A stretch of DNA of 64,000 bases from contig NC_092671.1 of NCBI RefSeq assembly GCF_964355755.1, forward strand, positions 1,860,001-1,924,000, in the 5' to 3' direction. Positions 12,801 through 24,064 of the stretch are shown piece by piece. Each line of letters begins with the position of its first letter. The stretch's first letter is position 1. This stretch comes from Antedon mediterranea (Eukaryota; Animalia; Echinodermata). A program made the translations under genes and the position numbers. Below the pieces are notes generated by a model, which was not told where the DNA came from, ran no database searches, and worked only from the letters and a program-made list of their open reading frames with translations.

Positions 12801-15800
12801 TTTGTTTTTGCCAAAAGTGGTTATATTTTGCTTGCAGTTGTATGAATAATTTTATTGTATTTTGTAATTGTAATTTTTAAAATGTTTTTTATATAAACAA
12901 AATTAACCTCTATCCTCACCTCCATTTTGTGGAGTTGCATGGTTTTGCGGTGTACTAACATGGCTACGCAACACAGCATTTCCAGACTAAAGTAAAAATA
13001 TATATTTAGAATAAAATATTTATTTTTGAAATTGTATTACCCCAGTTAATATGAAGCCAAAACACCAATGTTTACCTTATGTCTTCGCTTTTTGGATTTT
13101 TTTGAAGAACCAGAAACATTTTGTTTGTTTGCTATAAAATAAAAACAGTTTTGTGTATGTTAATTAAAAGGCTTGATTTATGTTGAACATTCACCCAATC
13201 AAAACTCTATCCAAAATTGTTTATTATACAAGTATCTCTAAATTGGTGCCGTACACAGTGCAGAATGGCCATATACTAAATGGTCACAATTTCCTCAAAT
13301 ATTGTAATAGGGTTGAATAAAAGGCTGATAATGATATACCTCTGGATTGCTGGTTGTTTGGACTGCCAATTGGTGAGTGTCTTGGTCCAGCATGACTAAT
13401 CTATGAACATTATCAATATTTAAGCAAGTTCAGAAGGGATGCAAAAATATCTGGTTATATAGTATAGTTATTAACTTACTCTATAATATTTGATTATTAC
13501 TATTCAGTAGGACACTGTAAAAATGTTGGTTTGACCATAGATGTTTTTGTTTGTGTTGTTTATTTAACCTTATTTATAGAGGGTGACCCTAAACAGCATA
13601 TGCTGACAAACAAGGGGCCCTCATGATGAGTTAATAACTGTCTATGTGTGACAGTAGCTGTGTGTATACTAGTACACCAGAGTAACCCTCTACTTGTCTT
13701 GAAAGATGTACTAGGTTATTTAAAGTGCACATGAGCTAGATGTGGACACTGGACCTAAGGTTTATACTCCTTATCCAAGAAGACTCGTTCTATCACCAGA
13801 ACCGTGGAGCGAGTGAGGCTCAAACCATTGCCGATGTTATGGCAAGGTATTACGGTTCCACCGTCTAACTGCTTGGCCACTCACTCGCTACTGTACACAG
13901 GATAAAATGCAATATATGTATGTACCAGGATTCCTGTGGAAGGCTTGAGAACTGCATTATGCTATGGCTGACTTTTTTTAATAGTTACCGTATTTCTACG
14001 TCGTCTTGTTTTTGTAACCCATTCACCGGCATTATTGTCATCATCCAAGTCGTCCTCTTCTTTCCCAATTCTGCGTCCATATGATACAGACGATGGAATT
14101 GGAAGACCTCCATCTACAGGTTGATCTAAAAAGAAAAGTTTCATTTAAAATTAAGTAAATAAATTATAATTCTGCAGACCTTGATTCCATGTGTTTCTAT
14201 GTAAATGCTGGGTTAAGCCATTTTTATTGAGGAAACCTATGAATTGGTCAGACAGATTGTTTTGGGACAACAAAAAAATATGTAAAATGAAATTAGTATG
14301 CAGTAAATCAGGTTTAAATAATTAACTTGAATAAAAATGTGATTGCTATACCAGGTTGTTTGTTTAAAGATTGTGCGAGTTCAGAATCAGACATTCCACT
14401 GGCTACACTTGTATCAGAATCGGACTCACTCTCTCTCTTTGCCATCATATTGTGAATATCGTTAGTTGAACCTGTTAAAAAAAAGCTAAACGTTTATTTA
14501 TGCTAAATTAAGATCTATAATACCTCAATGATGGACCTATATTCTTTCCTATCCTACATACATGGCTGTGAAATCTGTATTCTTGATTGATTGATTGATT
14601 AAGTAATTGTACTTTTACTTGATTTGTAATTCAAAATATAAAGAAGGTAGTGTTAAAGGATTCTAGTGGTGGCCACGCACTCACTTGTTTTTGTCAGTAA
14701 TTGGACAATTTTAACCCTTTGAAGTGACTAAGGTATTTTTAATAGGGTTAGGAAAAATGCAAAATATATTTTTATGACTGTAACTTTCTGCAATTGTTGG
14801 TTTTATTGTTCTGGCCTTCTGTTTTGGCCTTCCGAAAAATTGCATTTTTTTAAACCTAAGTCAAAGGTAAATTCAGTGACCAAAAAGTCAACCCGTACAT
14901 ATACGGGCCTCGCATCCTGGGACAGTAAATTACCCCGTACGGGATACGGGCCATGTCTTCAAAGGGTTAAGATTAAAATGTAAACTTTACTTACTTGATT
15001 TTGTTTTGTCCAAATTTGTAAACATTTTTTGCTTCTTTGTCTTTTTAAGAAATGGTGCATCAGCATGCACTGTCCTTTGTTGAGCGTTCTATTAGAGAAT
15101 AACGATAACAATATCATACCAAAACAACCAACTCAAAATCTATCTGTTTTATCTTTAAAAAATTCTGTTTTGTGATTACTTTTTTCATTTTATATTTGTT
15201 GTTTGTACTGATTCGTATATAATTTTGCTTCTAAAAAAACAGTACACCTGTGCTGAAGATGTATAAAGAAAGAATAAAGAAAGACATATTTTGTGTCTTT
15301 TTTGGGTTTTACTGACATATGTATTTGTTTTTAAATTGACATTTCTTTATTCATTGTTTTTTTCAGAGGCACACTACAATGACAAGTTTTGTAAGTATTT
15401 TCACTTGTTGGTTTGTACCTTATTATATTTTGGTTTAGCTCCTTGATGGTCCAATGTTCCAGGAAGATCAGCAGTAAACATAAAACCATGTTCCTTCAGC
15501 TTTTCCACAAGGTCTGCAATACGTGGATTGTTTTCCCGTTGCTATAAAAAATATACAAACTTAAATCAAGTAGTAATTAAGATCTCTCACTTGATTTTTA
15601 AATAACGTTTAGAGAGTAAAAGCTGGAACGACTAATTTGTTCAATGAAAGGCATGATGGTACAGCAGTTGCTGTACCATCTTTAACCAGCAATACACATT
15701 CAGTTCTTGCAATAGAGGGAGGGGCACATAGAGCACCTGAAATTGTAAAACAAAGTGATCATGAGCATCTTTCAAAGAGTGGCACTTGCAGCCCATCACA

Positions 15801-18317
15801 GGAATTCAAACTTGTAGTTAATACAACAATTTTTGTTTCATAATCAATGACAGAAAAACCAGTTGGCTAAAAACTGTTAGATTGGGAAAATTCCAGATAC
15901 ATGAAGAAAGATAACATACCTGTGGCTTGAAGTAACTCAATGTTTTCAGGCATTCTTGATATTGGTATGTAGCATACAATGCCACTGCTTTGTCTACTCT
16001 CACATGGTTGTATGTTGGTTCATGAAACAGCACTGAAGTTAATCAAACAACATAATTAAAAAGACATTTTAGTAGTATTCAACATGATGATTTTTGATTG
16101 ATGGGAAAAATGTGAATTTAGTCATGAATGTAATTAAAGATTATATATTGAAAACAAATTATAGATTTACCTTCTTCACACTCATCAAGTACATCAAAGT
16201 AACATCCCTACAATAAATACAAAAACTTCATTAAATATTTCTCAACCATAATTACTCTTATTATGCATAGTCTGATTTAAATGTATAAATGTTAAAAAAT
16301 ATGTTTGTAAACAATGAAACCCATAAAATTAAGTCTTTTGCAAAATACTTATGTAAAGCTTGTGAAAAAAGAAAAACCTGTATGTCCGAAAATAATATGG
16401 ATTTTATCATGTGAAATGGGCCGAAATAAAAGAAAGAAAGAAGAAAACAACAAATATATTAATTAATACAATAAATAGTAAAAAAAAGCCATGATTATTA
16501 CCATTTGTAAAAGTATTTGTATTCGTTGAAATAACAATGGTTTGTCATCCTTAAACACCAGTTCATCACCCAAGTTCAGTAGTAGTCTGCTGAGATCAAG
16601 TGCTTGACTAAATAGAGTGTATGAGTTCATATACTGGCCATCTTTATATTCATTCTCCGCCTCCTCTATGATGTCACTTCTGAGCTTCCGTACAAACTTC
16701 AAACGCTGTAAACAAGACAATCATACTGTAAAATAATCTATAACAAACTGATCTTGAGGAGTTAACTACACGTACCCATGATATGATAATTTTAATTTAT
16801 TTGTTATGACTCACCTCTTTGATACTTACTGGTACATCTTGGATCCTAAAAAAAATATAATAAAGTTTCAGTACTGTGATTAAGGCAAGCATGTTAAGCA
16901 ATAAGCTACACTGTACAGGGACAGTGAGGTGGTGGTTCTTCATGCAAAAATGGATATAATATAGTATAGATCATTTCATTTTACATGTTTAGGCCAGGGA
17001 GTTAGGCTTCCTAGCCTAGCAAACCACAGTGCACAAGTACAGGACTTTAGCAGAATAATGTGATTTTATATTAAATTCTATAGAATTTAACGGCCCATTG
17101 TAAATGAATATATAGGCCTAAAAACAAAAAATACAAGAATGTTATTTCTCAATACCCTTTTCTCTAGTACTGTTTATGTTTTAAAGTAGGTATGTAATTT
17201 ACTAAATAAAAGGCAATGAATAAACGTGATGTTATATTAAATCCAAAGGCAAATTACTGAAAAAATGAAAATGCTGTGGGTATCAGTGGCTGGATCTCAA
17301 TGGAGATACAAAAAAAAAGCGAAAAGCTAAATCAAAACGATAAAGTAAAACAGCCAGAAAAGTTAGCAGAGCTTTCGGGCAACACTAGCCCTTCATCAGT
17401 GCAAGTGAAGGAATTTTGATAACGTCATTATATTAAATAAACAATGTAATATTTAATTGTCGAAATAAATGTTGATTGATTATAAACACATATTTAGCTA
17501 TCATATGAACTTTGGTAAGCTAATTAAACACCAATAAATCGAAACGTCAAAATAAACATCACGTGATCGATACAGTCTGCTGTCAATCGCTTGTTAGAAT
17601 TTTGTAATATGGGAATTTCCTAATTCGTGCAATCTGTCAGATAGCGGTATTTTATTGTAATGACGTGTTAGATTCGTAAGAACTAATTATTGTAATTTCC
17701 TGATTCATGGTGTCATCTGTCGTGTGACAGATGACACAGTTTTGATTTTGTTTACTACAATATCAAGAAGTAGGAAAAGAAGCTATACAAATCTGGACGG
17801 TCAGATCGATCGCATTACTTTTATAGAATAGGCTTGTAATAATAATAATTCAAACAATGATTCGTGTTTATTTGTTAGAAATGTCCAAATTCATCAATAA
17901 AGTGTCCAATGTATCACATAGAAACAAATGTTTCAATTAAATCCATTTTTAATGAATTTGCCAAATTTAGGTGTGGGTCAGACATTTGCATTGGACAGTG
18001 AATGCTATACGAGAGGCATAAGCTCATTTTAAGAGTGTCCCGGCCGCAAAATATATCTTTTAATTTTGTCTTTAATATAGACAATAATTCATCTCATGCA
18101 TTATTCATAATCTCTGCTGTGACGTCGAGTAATACAAATTTCGCGTCCCGGCCCCGTACCCAGGATTCGCCCAGGGATTAATTAGTTCCACAAGTAGAGA
18201 GTGCGCTGTGAACACAACCTTTTTGACGGACTGTACTATATACATTGTTAAGTCATCGTGAAACCACTGCTAATGAAGAAAGGAGTGCACAACCTCTATT
18301 CAACACCCACCCCCTTC

Positions 18318-18351
<34 letters not shown>

Positions 18352-21300
18352 GGTCCGACACGCAAGAATATAATTTGAATGCAACGCACCCTCAAATATT
18401 GATCCCGTATGGCCTCGTTAGAGGCTATCCAGAAAGCATACTTAGTAGATAGCCTGGTCCTACCTAAACACGGAAACATGAATAATAACTAATACTAGAC
18501 TTAGATAAATAAAAAAAAGCTATCTATGTGATATAAGGACATTTCACATTCAGAATTTAATTAACAATAAGGGGTGTGTGTGTGTGGGGGGGGGGGGGGT
18601 GAAGAGTAGAGTGATGGGTGTGAAGTTGATCGAAATTCAAATATAAATAGGATTTTACAGAAAATGTTATTTATGGGTGACAGGATTTTGAAATAGAATA
18701 GAAAAATAGAAGGAGTCGAGGGCTTATAAAATTGTATTTGGGTTGTCAAAACTGTTTATTTTGTGGTGCCGAACAATGGACGTAAAGCGATAGAGATCCT
18801 GCTGCAGACTGTCCGCCATGCGGTATGTCTGCCAGGCGGTATGTCCGCCAGGGGAACATATTCTCGACGATACCATTTTTTTAAAAGGGAAAATATCTGT
18901 ACTTTGTTTCTGTAATGTCTGCAAGGCGGTATGTCTGCCAGGGGGAACATATTCCTGACGATACCATTTTTTTAGAGGGAAAAATTATATGTAATTTGTT
19001 TCTGTAAGTAAATTGCGTTACTAAAGCGTCACTTTTCCTAGAGTTGCGTCGACATATCCAAATGGCAGTTTGATAGACCATAATCCGAGGTGTTTTGTAT
19101 ATCGAATTTTTTCTGTTCGGTTTTTATATACAATATTTTTATCAGTAGAATATTCTGTGAATCTAACCTGTTTCTTGCAGGTGGTTTATCCCATCTTAAA
19201 TCTCCACATGATGAATTCCACATGATGAATACATTAAAAAATAACATCAAAACTATAACAACCTTAAAACAAACAAATTAATGCTAGACATCACACAACG
19301 TAGGCCTAAAAAATAACTGCATTGTCCGTATTGTAGGAACGGCTGAAAACCGTCGCCGGTGGCCATCCTTTGCATATAATACTAGTATTATTAACTAGCA
19401 TAGCTATATCCTGCGCAGCATTATATTATACTGTTATTGCTATACTACTGTGTACTACATTGGCCATTATTTACCGAATTACTGTATATCTGATTCTTCA
19501 TAATTTCAAAATCATATTAATTTTTCATATCATTTTTATTGTTTCACAGTATATACAATTTTATAAAACAAATTACAAGAAAAAGCCTTGTTAAAAATGA
19601 TGTGTGGAATCTTAAAAAAGGGATTTTTGGTCTGAGTTTCCAAAAGACATAACATTAAACATTACAATGTAAAACATAAAAAAGACTTCCTAAACATAAG
19701 ATATAATTTATAAATTCCATAGGAGCAAACTATCATGAATATTGATAGATTGACTTATTATTTGTATTTTTTTAAAAGAAAGTAAGGTTCGGGTAATAAT
19801 TTAATGTTTAACCAATGTAACCTTTATTATGATTATTGTTTTAAATACACCCTAATTTAAGTAGCATATCTTTCAAAATACTACAGAATACTGTAGCAGA
19901 AATATTACAGACAAACTGTAAATTCAAACATACTGCACCCTTCAACACAGTGCATTTAATTAAGACATTTGTAATAGTAAAACGAAAGGCTTGTAGACGA
20001 ATGGACAAATGACATCTGCATGCAAAAATAAGGTTAAGTTTAAAAATGGATAAATTGGGTTATGAAAATATTCATACTTGTGTCTACTGTTTTGTTTTAA
20101 TTTTAAATCAACTTTTTTCGACTAATTTTTGGTGAAAGTTAATAACTATTATGATACTTCAAAATGACCAACTTTTTTTCGAAATATTAATTTTTTTAAA
20201 TAAATTTATTTTGTTGAATTAGTCAAAGGGACAATACATCTTAACGTTGAAATAATATTGAAAAACAAACGTAATAATGGCGTTAACACAATGTAATTTC
20301 AACCTTTATTCAATGTTGAAAAAATGTTGTCATTTTAACCAAAAATGCCAAATGGATTTTAACGTTGAATTAACGTTAACATTATATTGTGTTATAAACG
20401 TAACACAATGTTCAATTCAAATCATGTTGCTATTTTAACCAAAAGCCAGCTCGATTATAACGTTAAATTATCGTTGAAATGAGATTGATATAGAAACGTA
20501 ATACTGTAATGGAGGCAAAACATGAAAACATAATTTCAACTTTTATTCAATGATGAAAACATGTTGTCATTTTAACCAAAAATGCCAACTCGATTTTAAC
20601 GTTAAATTAACGTTGAAAAGAGATTGCTAAAGAAACGTAATACTGTAAAGGGGTTAAAACATGAAAGCATAATTTATAACTACCTCTTTCAATCTTTTTT
20701 CAACATTGAAAACATATCTTTTTAACCAAATTCGACTGGATTTCAACGTTAAATTAAATTGATAAATAAACGTAAACGGTTGGGCGATGACATCAACGGC
20801 TTATCTGATGTTTATATAGAACGTACCTGTTGCTATAATTTGTAATTGATTCATATAAATGTACAAAATAAAAATGTATGTAAAGATGCCCTTAAACACT
20901 CTCTGGCGGACAATTCGGTTACACAAGGTGTAGGCTTATTCCTTCACGTCCACACCATCCCACTCCCCCTCCGTTCAACATATTGACCAACTCTCTCCCC
21001 CTCCCCATCCATGCTCAAATACACGATCACACCCAGACACATTATTAAGAACGTAGGTCCAAAAACTCACTCTGGTAGACAAACTGCATATTAGGCCTAT
21101 ATCTATATTAAAACAAACTGTATTTCTCTGCTATTTTTAAACGGACATTCAAAAAACGGTACGATGTATAGTCAAGACTCATAATTTATCTCAGTCTGGA
21201 AGTATCACATTTAAAAAATTAAATGTAAATCAAATTTTTTTCGGTGACAGAATATCGTAATTCAATAAACTGTCTCTCTAGTGGACAGTTTGGCTATCTT

Positions 21301-23514
21301 TACCGTTATAACAAATATTGGAACGTTTTTGGGCGATGAAATCAACGGCTTATCTGATGTTTATATAGAACGTACCTCTTGCTATAATTTGTAATTGATC
21401 CATATAAATGTACTAAATACAAATTAATGTAAAGATGCCCTTAAACTCTCTCTAGGCGGAGACTTCAGTTACACACGGTGTAGGCCTATCTCTACACACC
21501 ATACCCCCTCCGTTCAACATATTATCGACCAAACATGAACCCCCCCCCCCCCTCCCCATCCAAGCTCAAATACACGATCACACCTAGACAAATTATTTAG
21601 TTAAAAAAGAACGTAGGTCCAAAAACTCCCTCTGGTGGACAAACTGCATAGGCCTATATCTACTGTATATTAAAACAAACTGCATTTCTCTGCTATTTTT
21701 AAACGGACATTCAAATACGGTACGATGTGTATGTGTATAGTCAAGACTTGTCTCAGTCTAGAAGTATCACATTTAAAAATTTAATTTATATCATATTTTT
21801 TTCGGTGACAGAATATCGCCAAATGTAGGCCTATCCCTTCACACTATACCTCCCCTAACGGACATTAAAAAACGGTACGATGTATAGTCAAGACTCATAA
21901 TTTTTAACCGTCTGGAAGTAGGCCTATCACATTAAAAAAATTAAATGTATATCATATTTTTTTCGGTGACAGAATATTGTAATTTAATAAACTCTCTCTT
22001 TAGTGGATAGTTGGGATATCTTTTACGTTATAACAAATATTGGCACGTTTTTGGGCGATGAAATCAACGGCTTATCTGATGTTTATGTATCATAACGTAC
22101 CTGTTGCCTGTTATAATTTGTAATTGATCCATATAAATGTAAATATAAATTAATGTAAAGATGCCCTTAAAAGCTCTTTCTGGCGGACACTGTTACAGTT
22201 ACACACGATGTAGGCATATCCATTGACACCATGCCCCCTCCTACCCCCTCCGTTTAACATATTATCGACCAAACATGAACTCCCCCCCCCCCTCCCCTCC
22301 CAATATCCAAGTCCGTTTTCCTTTGTAAAAATAATAATAAACAATTAAACATAATGTCACATGGGCCTAAAACAACTTAAGATTAAACAATAATTATAAT
22401 TATAGATAAAATTCGGAGAGCTATATAGGGTGCAAGATAATAATAATAACAATATTTAATAATAATAATGAATAATCATAGGCTTATAATGAGTTATATA
22501 TGAGTATGAGTTTATGAATAGCCCTTCATCAATGCATGTGAGAGTACTTAGACAAAACTGTCGGGATATCTAAAATGTTAACTAAGCTAAAATATTCTGT
22601 ATCTCCCAAAACATGCGTAAATTTCGTAGGAGCATGCAACGTATTATTGTTGTAATTCAATAGGGGGTTTACTCTGTTACGGGATACTAAAATTGTAGAA
22701 CAGTGTAACTGTACCACTACCAGAGAGATTTTAAAATCTTTGGTCGTATTACTTACTCTTTCATTATGGCTCTGTTATAAATGTAGAAATAGCGCCCTCT
22801 GTTGCCAATATTTTCTAATTCGTCAATGTTTAAAAAAATCACAATAGACAATTGTAAAAGGTCATTTATTAATTAAAAAGAACAAAAAACTACACACAGT
22901 ATATCAAATACCAGTATAAGTAATACCAATACGAGTAATTGACGGTCTACCACACTGTAGATACAATAATTACCCACTGTAAAATGGAATCGCCGGGCTA
23001 TTGTACTAGTTACAGTAATTACCCACTGTAAAATGGAATCGTCGGGCAATTTGACAAGGTACCGGTTGGCGGACACAAACTCCCTCTAGTAGACATACCG
23101 CATGGCGGACAGTCTGCAGCAACATGCAATTGCGTAAAGCGACCCGTGTGTTGACATTATTATTGCGATGTTTATGATATTACAGGTTGGATATAGCGAG
23201 GCCTACTAAAAAACATGATCAACATGACGGAATAGAATAGAAAAATAGAAGGAGTCGAGGGCCTATAAAATTGTATTTGGGTTGTCAAAACTGTTTATTT
23301 TGTGGTGCCGAAAATAGACGTAAAGCGACCCGTGTGTTGACATATTATTGCGATGTTTATGATATTACAGGTTGGATATAGCGAGGCCTACTAAAAAACA
23401 TGATCAACATGACGGAAATGGAGGCTTAACAAATAATACGAAAGCTACTCACTCAAGCTGGTGCAAACGCTCAGAAATGCTCCACTGACGGTCGCTTCGA
23501 GCAGCTGGCGGCAT
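46..23514 (-). CDS. HELZ2: HELZ2-like RNA helicase/RNB 3'-5' exoribonuclease, tandem copy A (multi-exon; 3' end with second helicase lies left of the window)
   Basis: Exon 1 23514-23453 (MPPAARSDRQWSISERLHQL, GTGAGT donor) splices in phase to 16845-16815. Further exons approx. 16706-16503, 16207-16171, 16033-15920, 15542-15419, 15088-14995, 14472-14353, 14126-13989, 12765-10851 (CCCH-like fingers), 10762-10501 (C2H2), 10360-10150, 9932-9787, 7562-7059, 6533-5883 (Walker A GPFGTGKT), 5638-5244 (DEAGQ), 5035-4656, 4061-3986, 3834-51 (RNB: IDPKGCQDIDDAL, HFTSPIRRY). Collinear with copy B. Confidence 0.9.
4093..4609. mobile_element. MITE-like intronic insertion with repeated CTAATAGTAACCC motifs
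   Basis: About 6 copies of (C)TAATAGTAACCC, with inverted copies near 4205 and 4462-4482. Starts TACTGTAAA. The equivalent copy B intron (39026-39133) is only about 110 bp. Confidence 0.5.
5099..5160. repeat. Short 19-bp tandem repeat (TTAGTTCAGGCTTGATNAT-like, about 3 copies)
   Basis: tagttcaggctt / tagttcagactt / tagttcaggctt repeated at about 19-bp spacing. Confidence 0.6.
6567..6827 (+). mobile_element. Penelope-like pLTR remnant with minimal hammerhead motif, flanked by (TA)n
   Basis: (TA)n at about 6567-6580 and 6803-6827 brackets a T-rich segment containing CTGATGA-T-GGGC-TAT-GCCC-GAAAC-AT-GTC followed by AATAAA. Confidence 0.6.
6686..6725 (+). ncRNA. Minimal type I hammerhead ribozyme motif
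   Basis: Core CTGATGA (6691-6697), helix II GGGC/GCCC, GAAAC (6710-6714), short helix III and a GUC cleavage triplet. Helix I is imperfect (TTCAC/GTAAA). Confidence 0.7.
7717..9021 (-). CDS. Penelope-type reverse transcriptase (C-terminal part) plus GIY-YIG endonuclease, N-terminally truncated
   Basis: RT motifs QIQGIAMGSPISPILANLYLE and RYVDD, thumb region YRKPTHTDQYL, GIY-YIG GVIYEVTCRNCPQVYIGETGR, HKSAITEH. The frame stays open upstream of 8976 to the inversion junction, so the N-terminal RT motifs are missing. Confidence 0.92.
   Translation of the reverse strand, partial: RLTTDPTLLDRTKLHVTDIMELLGLIVNKTYFSFNGNIYRQIQGIAMGSPISPILANLYLEWLEHQAINTAPTNIKPVYWKRYVDDVLAIIPIGTVHTFNTHLNNIDITDNIKFTTESMTNNTIPFLDMLITLNDNGTVTTSVYRKPTHTDQYLHFNSHHPLEHKLGLINTLVDRAEKVVGDMDLRKVEMDNIKKALHNCQYPEWSFQRVMENRKRKKNKGHEPQKEKIKMRGSIGIPYVKGMAERIRRTLSYHNVGTYFLPQNKIKNSLVHPKDKIEKMDTCGVIYEVTCRNCPQVYIGETGRALQTRINDHKKDVTTNTGGVMTRASRTSTSSIIHKSAITEHVIKHNHVPNWEATILTKEPKRKDRQIRESLHIRRNKEKTMNRDTGAHELSHLYNDLIDTSPGRAPHNLQPTTGGVQRHQQMTSRMTKLH
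9496..9538 (+). ncRNA. Hammerhead-like motif (U3-A8 core variant) in the Penelope pLTR; mirror copy on - strand at about 7665-7707
   Basis: TTGAGAA-G-GATCTCT-GAT-AGAGATC-GAAACGTT: 7-bp helix II and palindromic ACGT at helix III. Helix I is not obvious. Confidence 0.55.
11913..12184 (-). repeat. Coding 72-bp minisatellite (about 3.7 copies) encoding Pro/Gln-rich 24-aa repeats in copy A
   Basis: GTTGCATGG recurs at 72-bp spacing (e.g. 11961, 12033). Protein unit MQPQPTTxSAPVPRPLQQxPRPVA. Confidence 0.9.
13545..13889 (-). mobile_element. tRNA-derived SINE with Deu/Nin-like central domain
   Basis: Minus strand: A-box-like TGGCCAAGCAG, B-box-like GGTTTGAGCC, then GGATAAGGAGTATAAACCTTAGGTCC...TTTAAATAACCTAGTACATCTTTCAAGACAAGTAGAGGGTTACTCTGGTGT, a stem-loop tail and an A-rich end. 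The central part is shared with 47106-47150. Confidence 0.72.
14715..14966. mobile_element. piggyBac-type MITE
   Basis: TTAA|CCCTTTGAAG...CTTCAAAGGG|TTAA: 10-bp TIR with TTAA TSD. Not present in the copy B intron. Confidence 0.8.
17365..17404 (-). ncRNA. Minimal type I hammerhead ribozyme motif in a probable Penelope pLTR remnant (about 17250-17410)
   Basis: Minus strand TGCA-CTGATGA-A-GGGC-TAGTGTT-GCCC-GAAAGCTC-TGC: canonical core, palindromic AGCT, CUC triplet, short helix I GCA/TGC, followed by a T-rich tract. Confidence 0.72.
17611..17620. promoter_or_regulatory. NF-kB (kappaB) consensus site in intron 1 of copy A
   Basis: GGGAATTTCC lies within the block GTAATATGGGAATTTC, which is also present in intron 1 of copy B (49159-49174). 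Confidence 0.55.
18320..18350. repeat. (TCAA)n microsatellite, probably the 3' tail of a non-LTR retroelement fragment
   Basis: aatcaatcaatcaatc... directly visible. Confidence 0.7.
20240..20775. repeat. Degenerate tandem repeat of about 110-140 bp with AACGTT palindromes
   Basis: TTTTAACCAAAA...TTTTAACGTT(G/A)AATTAACGTT recurs about 4 times. Confidence 0.7.
20780..22320. repeat. Complex tandem repeat with 550-720 bp units (about 2.5 copies)
   Basis: TGGGCGATGA(A/C)ATCAACGGCTTATCTGATGTTTAT at about 20781, 21330 and 22052, with an internal sub-duplication of the ACGGACATT...GGTGACAGAATAT block. Confidence 0.85.
23133..23417. repeat. 186-bp tandem duplication next to the exon 1 donor of copy A
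   Basis: 23143-23230 is repeated at 23329-23416. 23231-23328 is repeated at 18692-18790, on the other side of the 4.3-kb insertion. Confidence 0.85.
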
Positions 23515-23690
23515 TGTTCTTTTAGGCCTACAACATTATTTATACAACTTCGACATCTCGAACATCAGACTGGATTTGATAAATAATGCACGTAGTCACG
23601 ATTTATACATGGACATGGATTTTTAAATAGATAACGGAAGGTCTATTGTGTTCCGTGTTATCTCAATTATCGTATTGATTTTTCATGTCT

Positions 23691-23700
23691 GGGAATTTCC
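23691..23700. promoter_or_regulatory. NF-kB (kappaB) consensus site upstream of copy A
   Basis: GGGAATTTCC 177 bp upstream of the ATG. The same motif sits in the aligned position upstream of copy B. Confidence 0.62.
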
Positions 23701-24064
23701 AGATTTCTGACATGTTTACTGAAATATATTTAAATTGCGTATTAACATTTTTAAGGAATATTAGTCATATTTCCGTCGCCTCCTCACAATTCATATTGCT
23801 AATAATTATACTCGTAATCTTCCACGATTAGGTGCCGCCTACAATGATACTATTGTGCTTATTTACTAAAAATAATATCAATATAGGCCTATTGTGTTGT
23901 GACGTGAAGTGACACATCCAATAATAAGTAACTAAGTAGGCCTACTCTATTAATAATTGCCAAAGGTCAAATGTTAATTTTGCTTTTCAAAGGGGAGGAG
24001 CATAGCTCTGACATCGTACTGCTCCTGTCTGAATCTTCCCCGCAGTATGGTATAGGCCTACGAA

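Larger units (their letters stand above)
18791..23132. mobile_element. 4.3-kb non-autonomous TIR element in intron 1 of copy A
   Basis: 31-bp perfect inverted repeat at 18800-18830 and 23091-23121 (TGCTGCAGACTGTCCGCCATGCGGTATGTCT). 10-bp direct repeat CGTAAAGCGA at 18781-18790 and 23133-23142. Subterminal GGCGGTATGTC repeats. No transposase ORF. Confidence 0.7.

Noticed and set aside
13810-13889. tRNA gene
   Set aside because: A and B boxes are present but there is no convincing cloverleaf, and it continues into a SINE body and tail.
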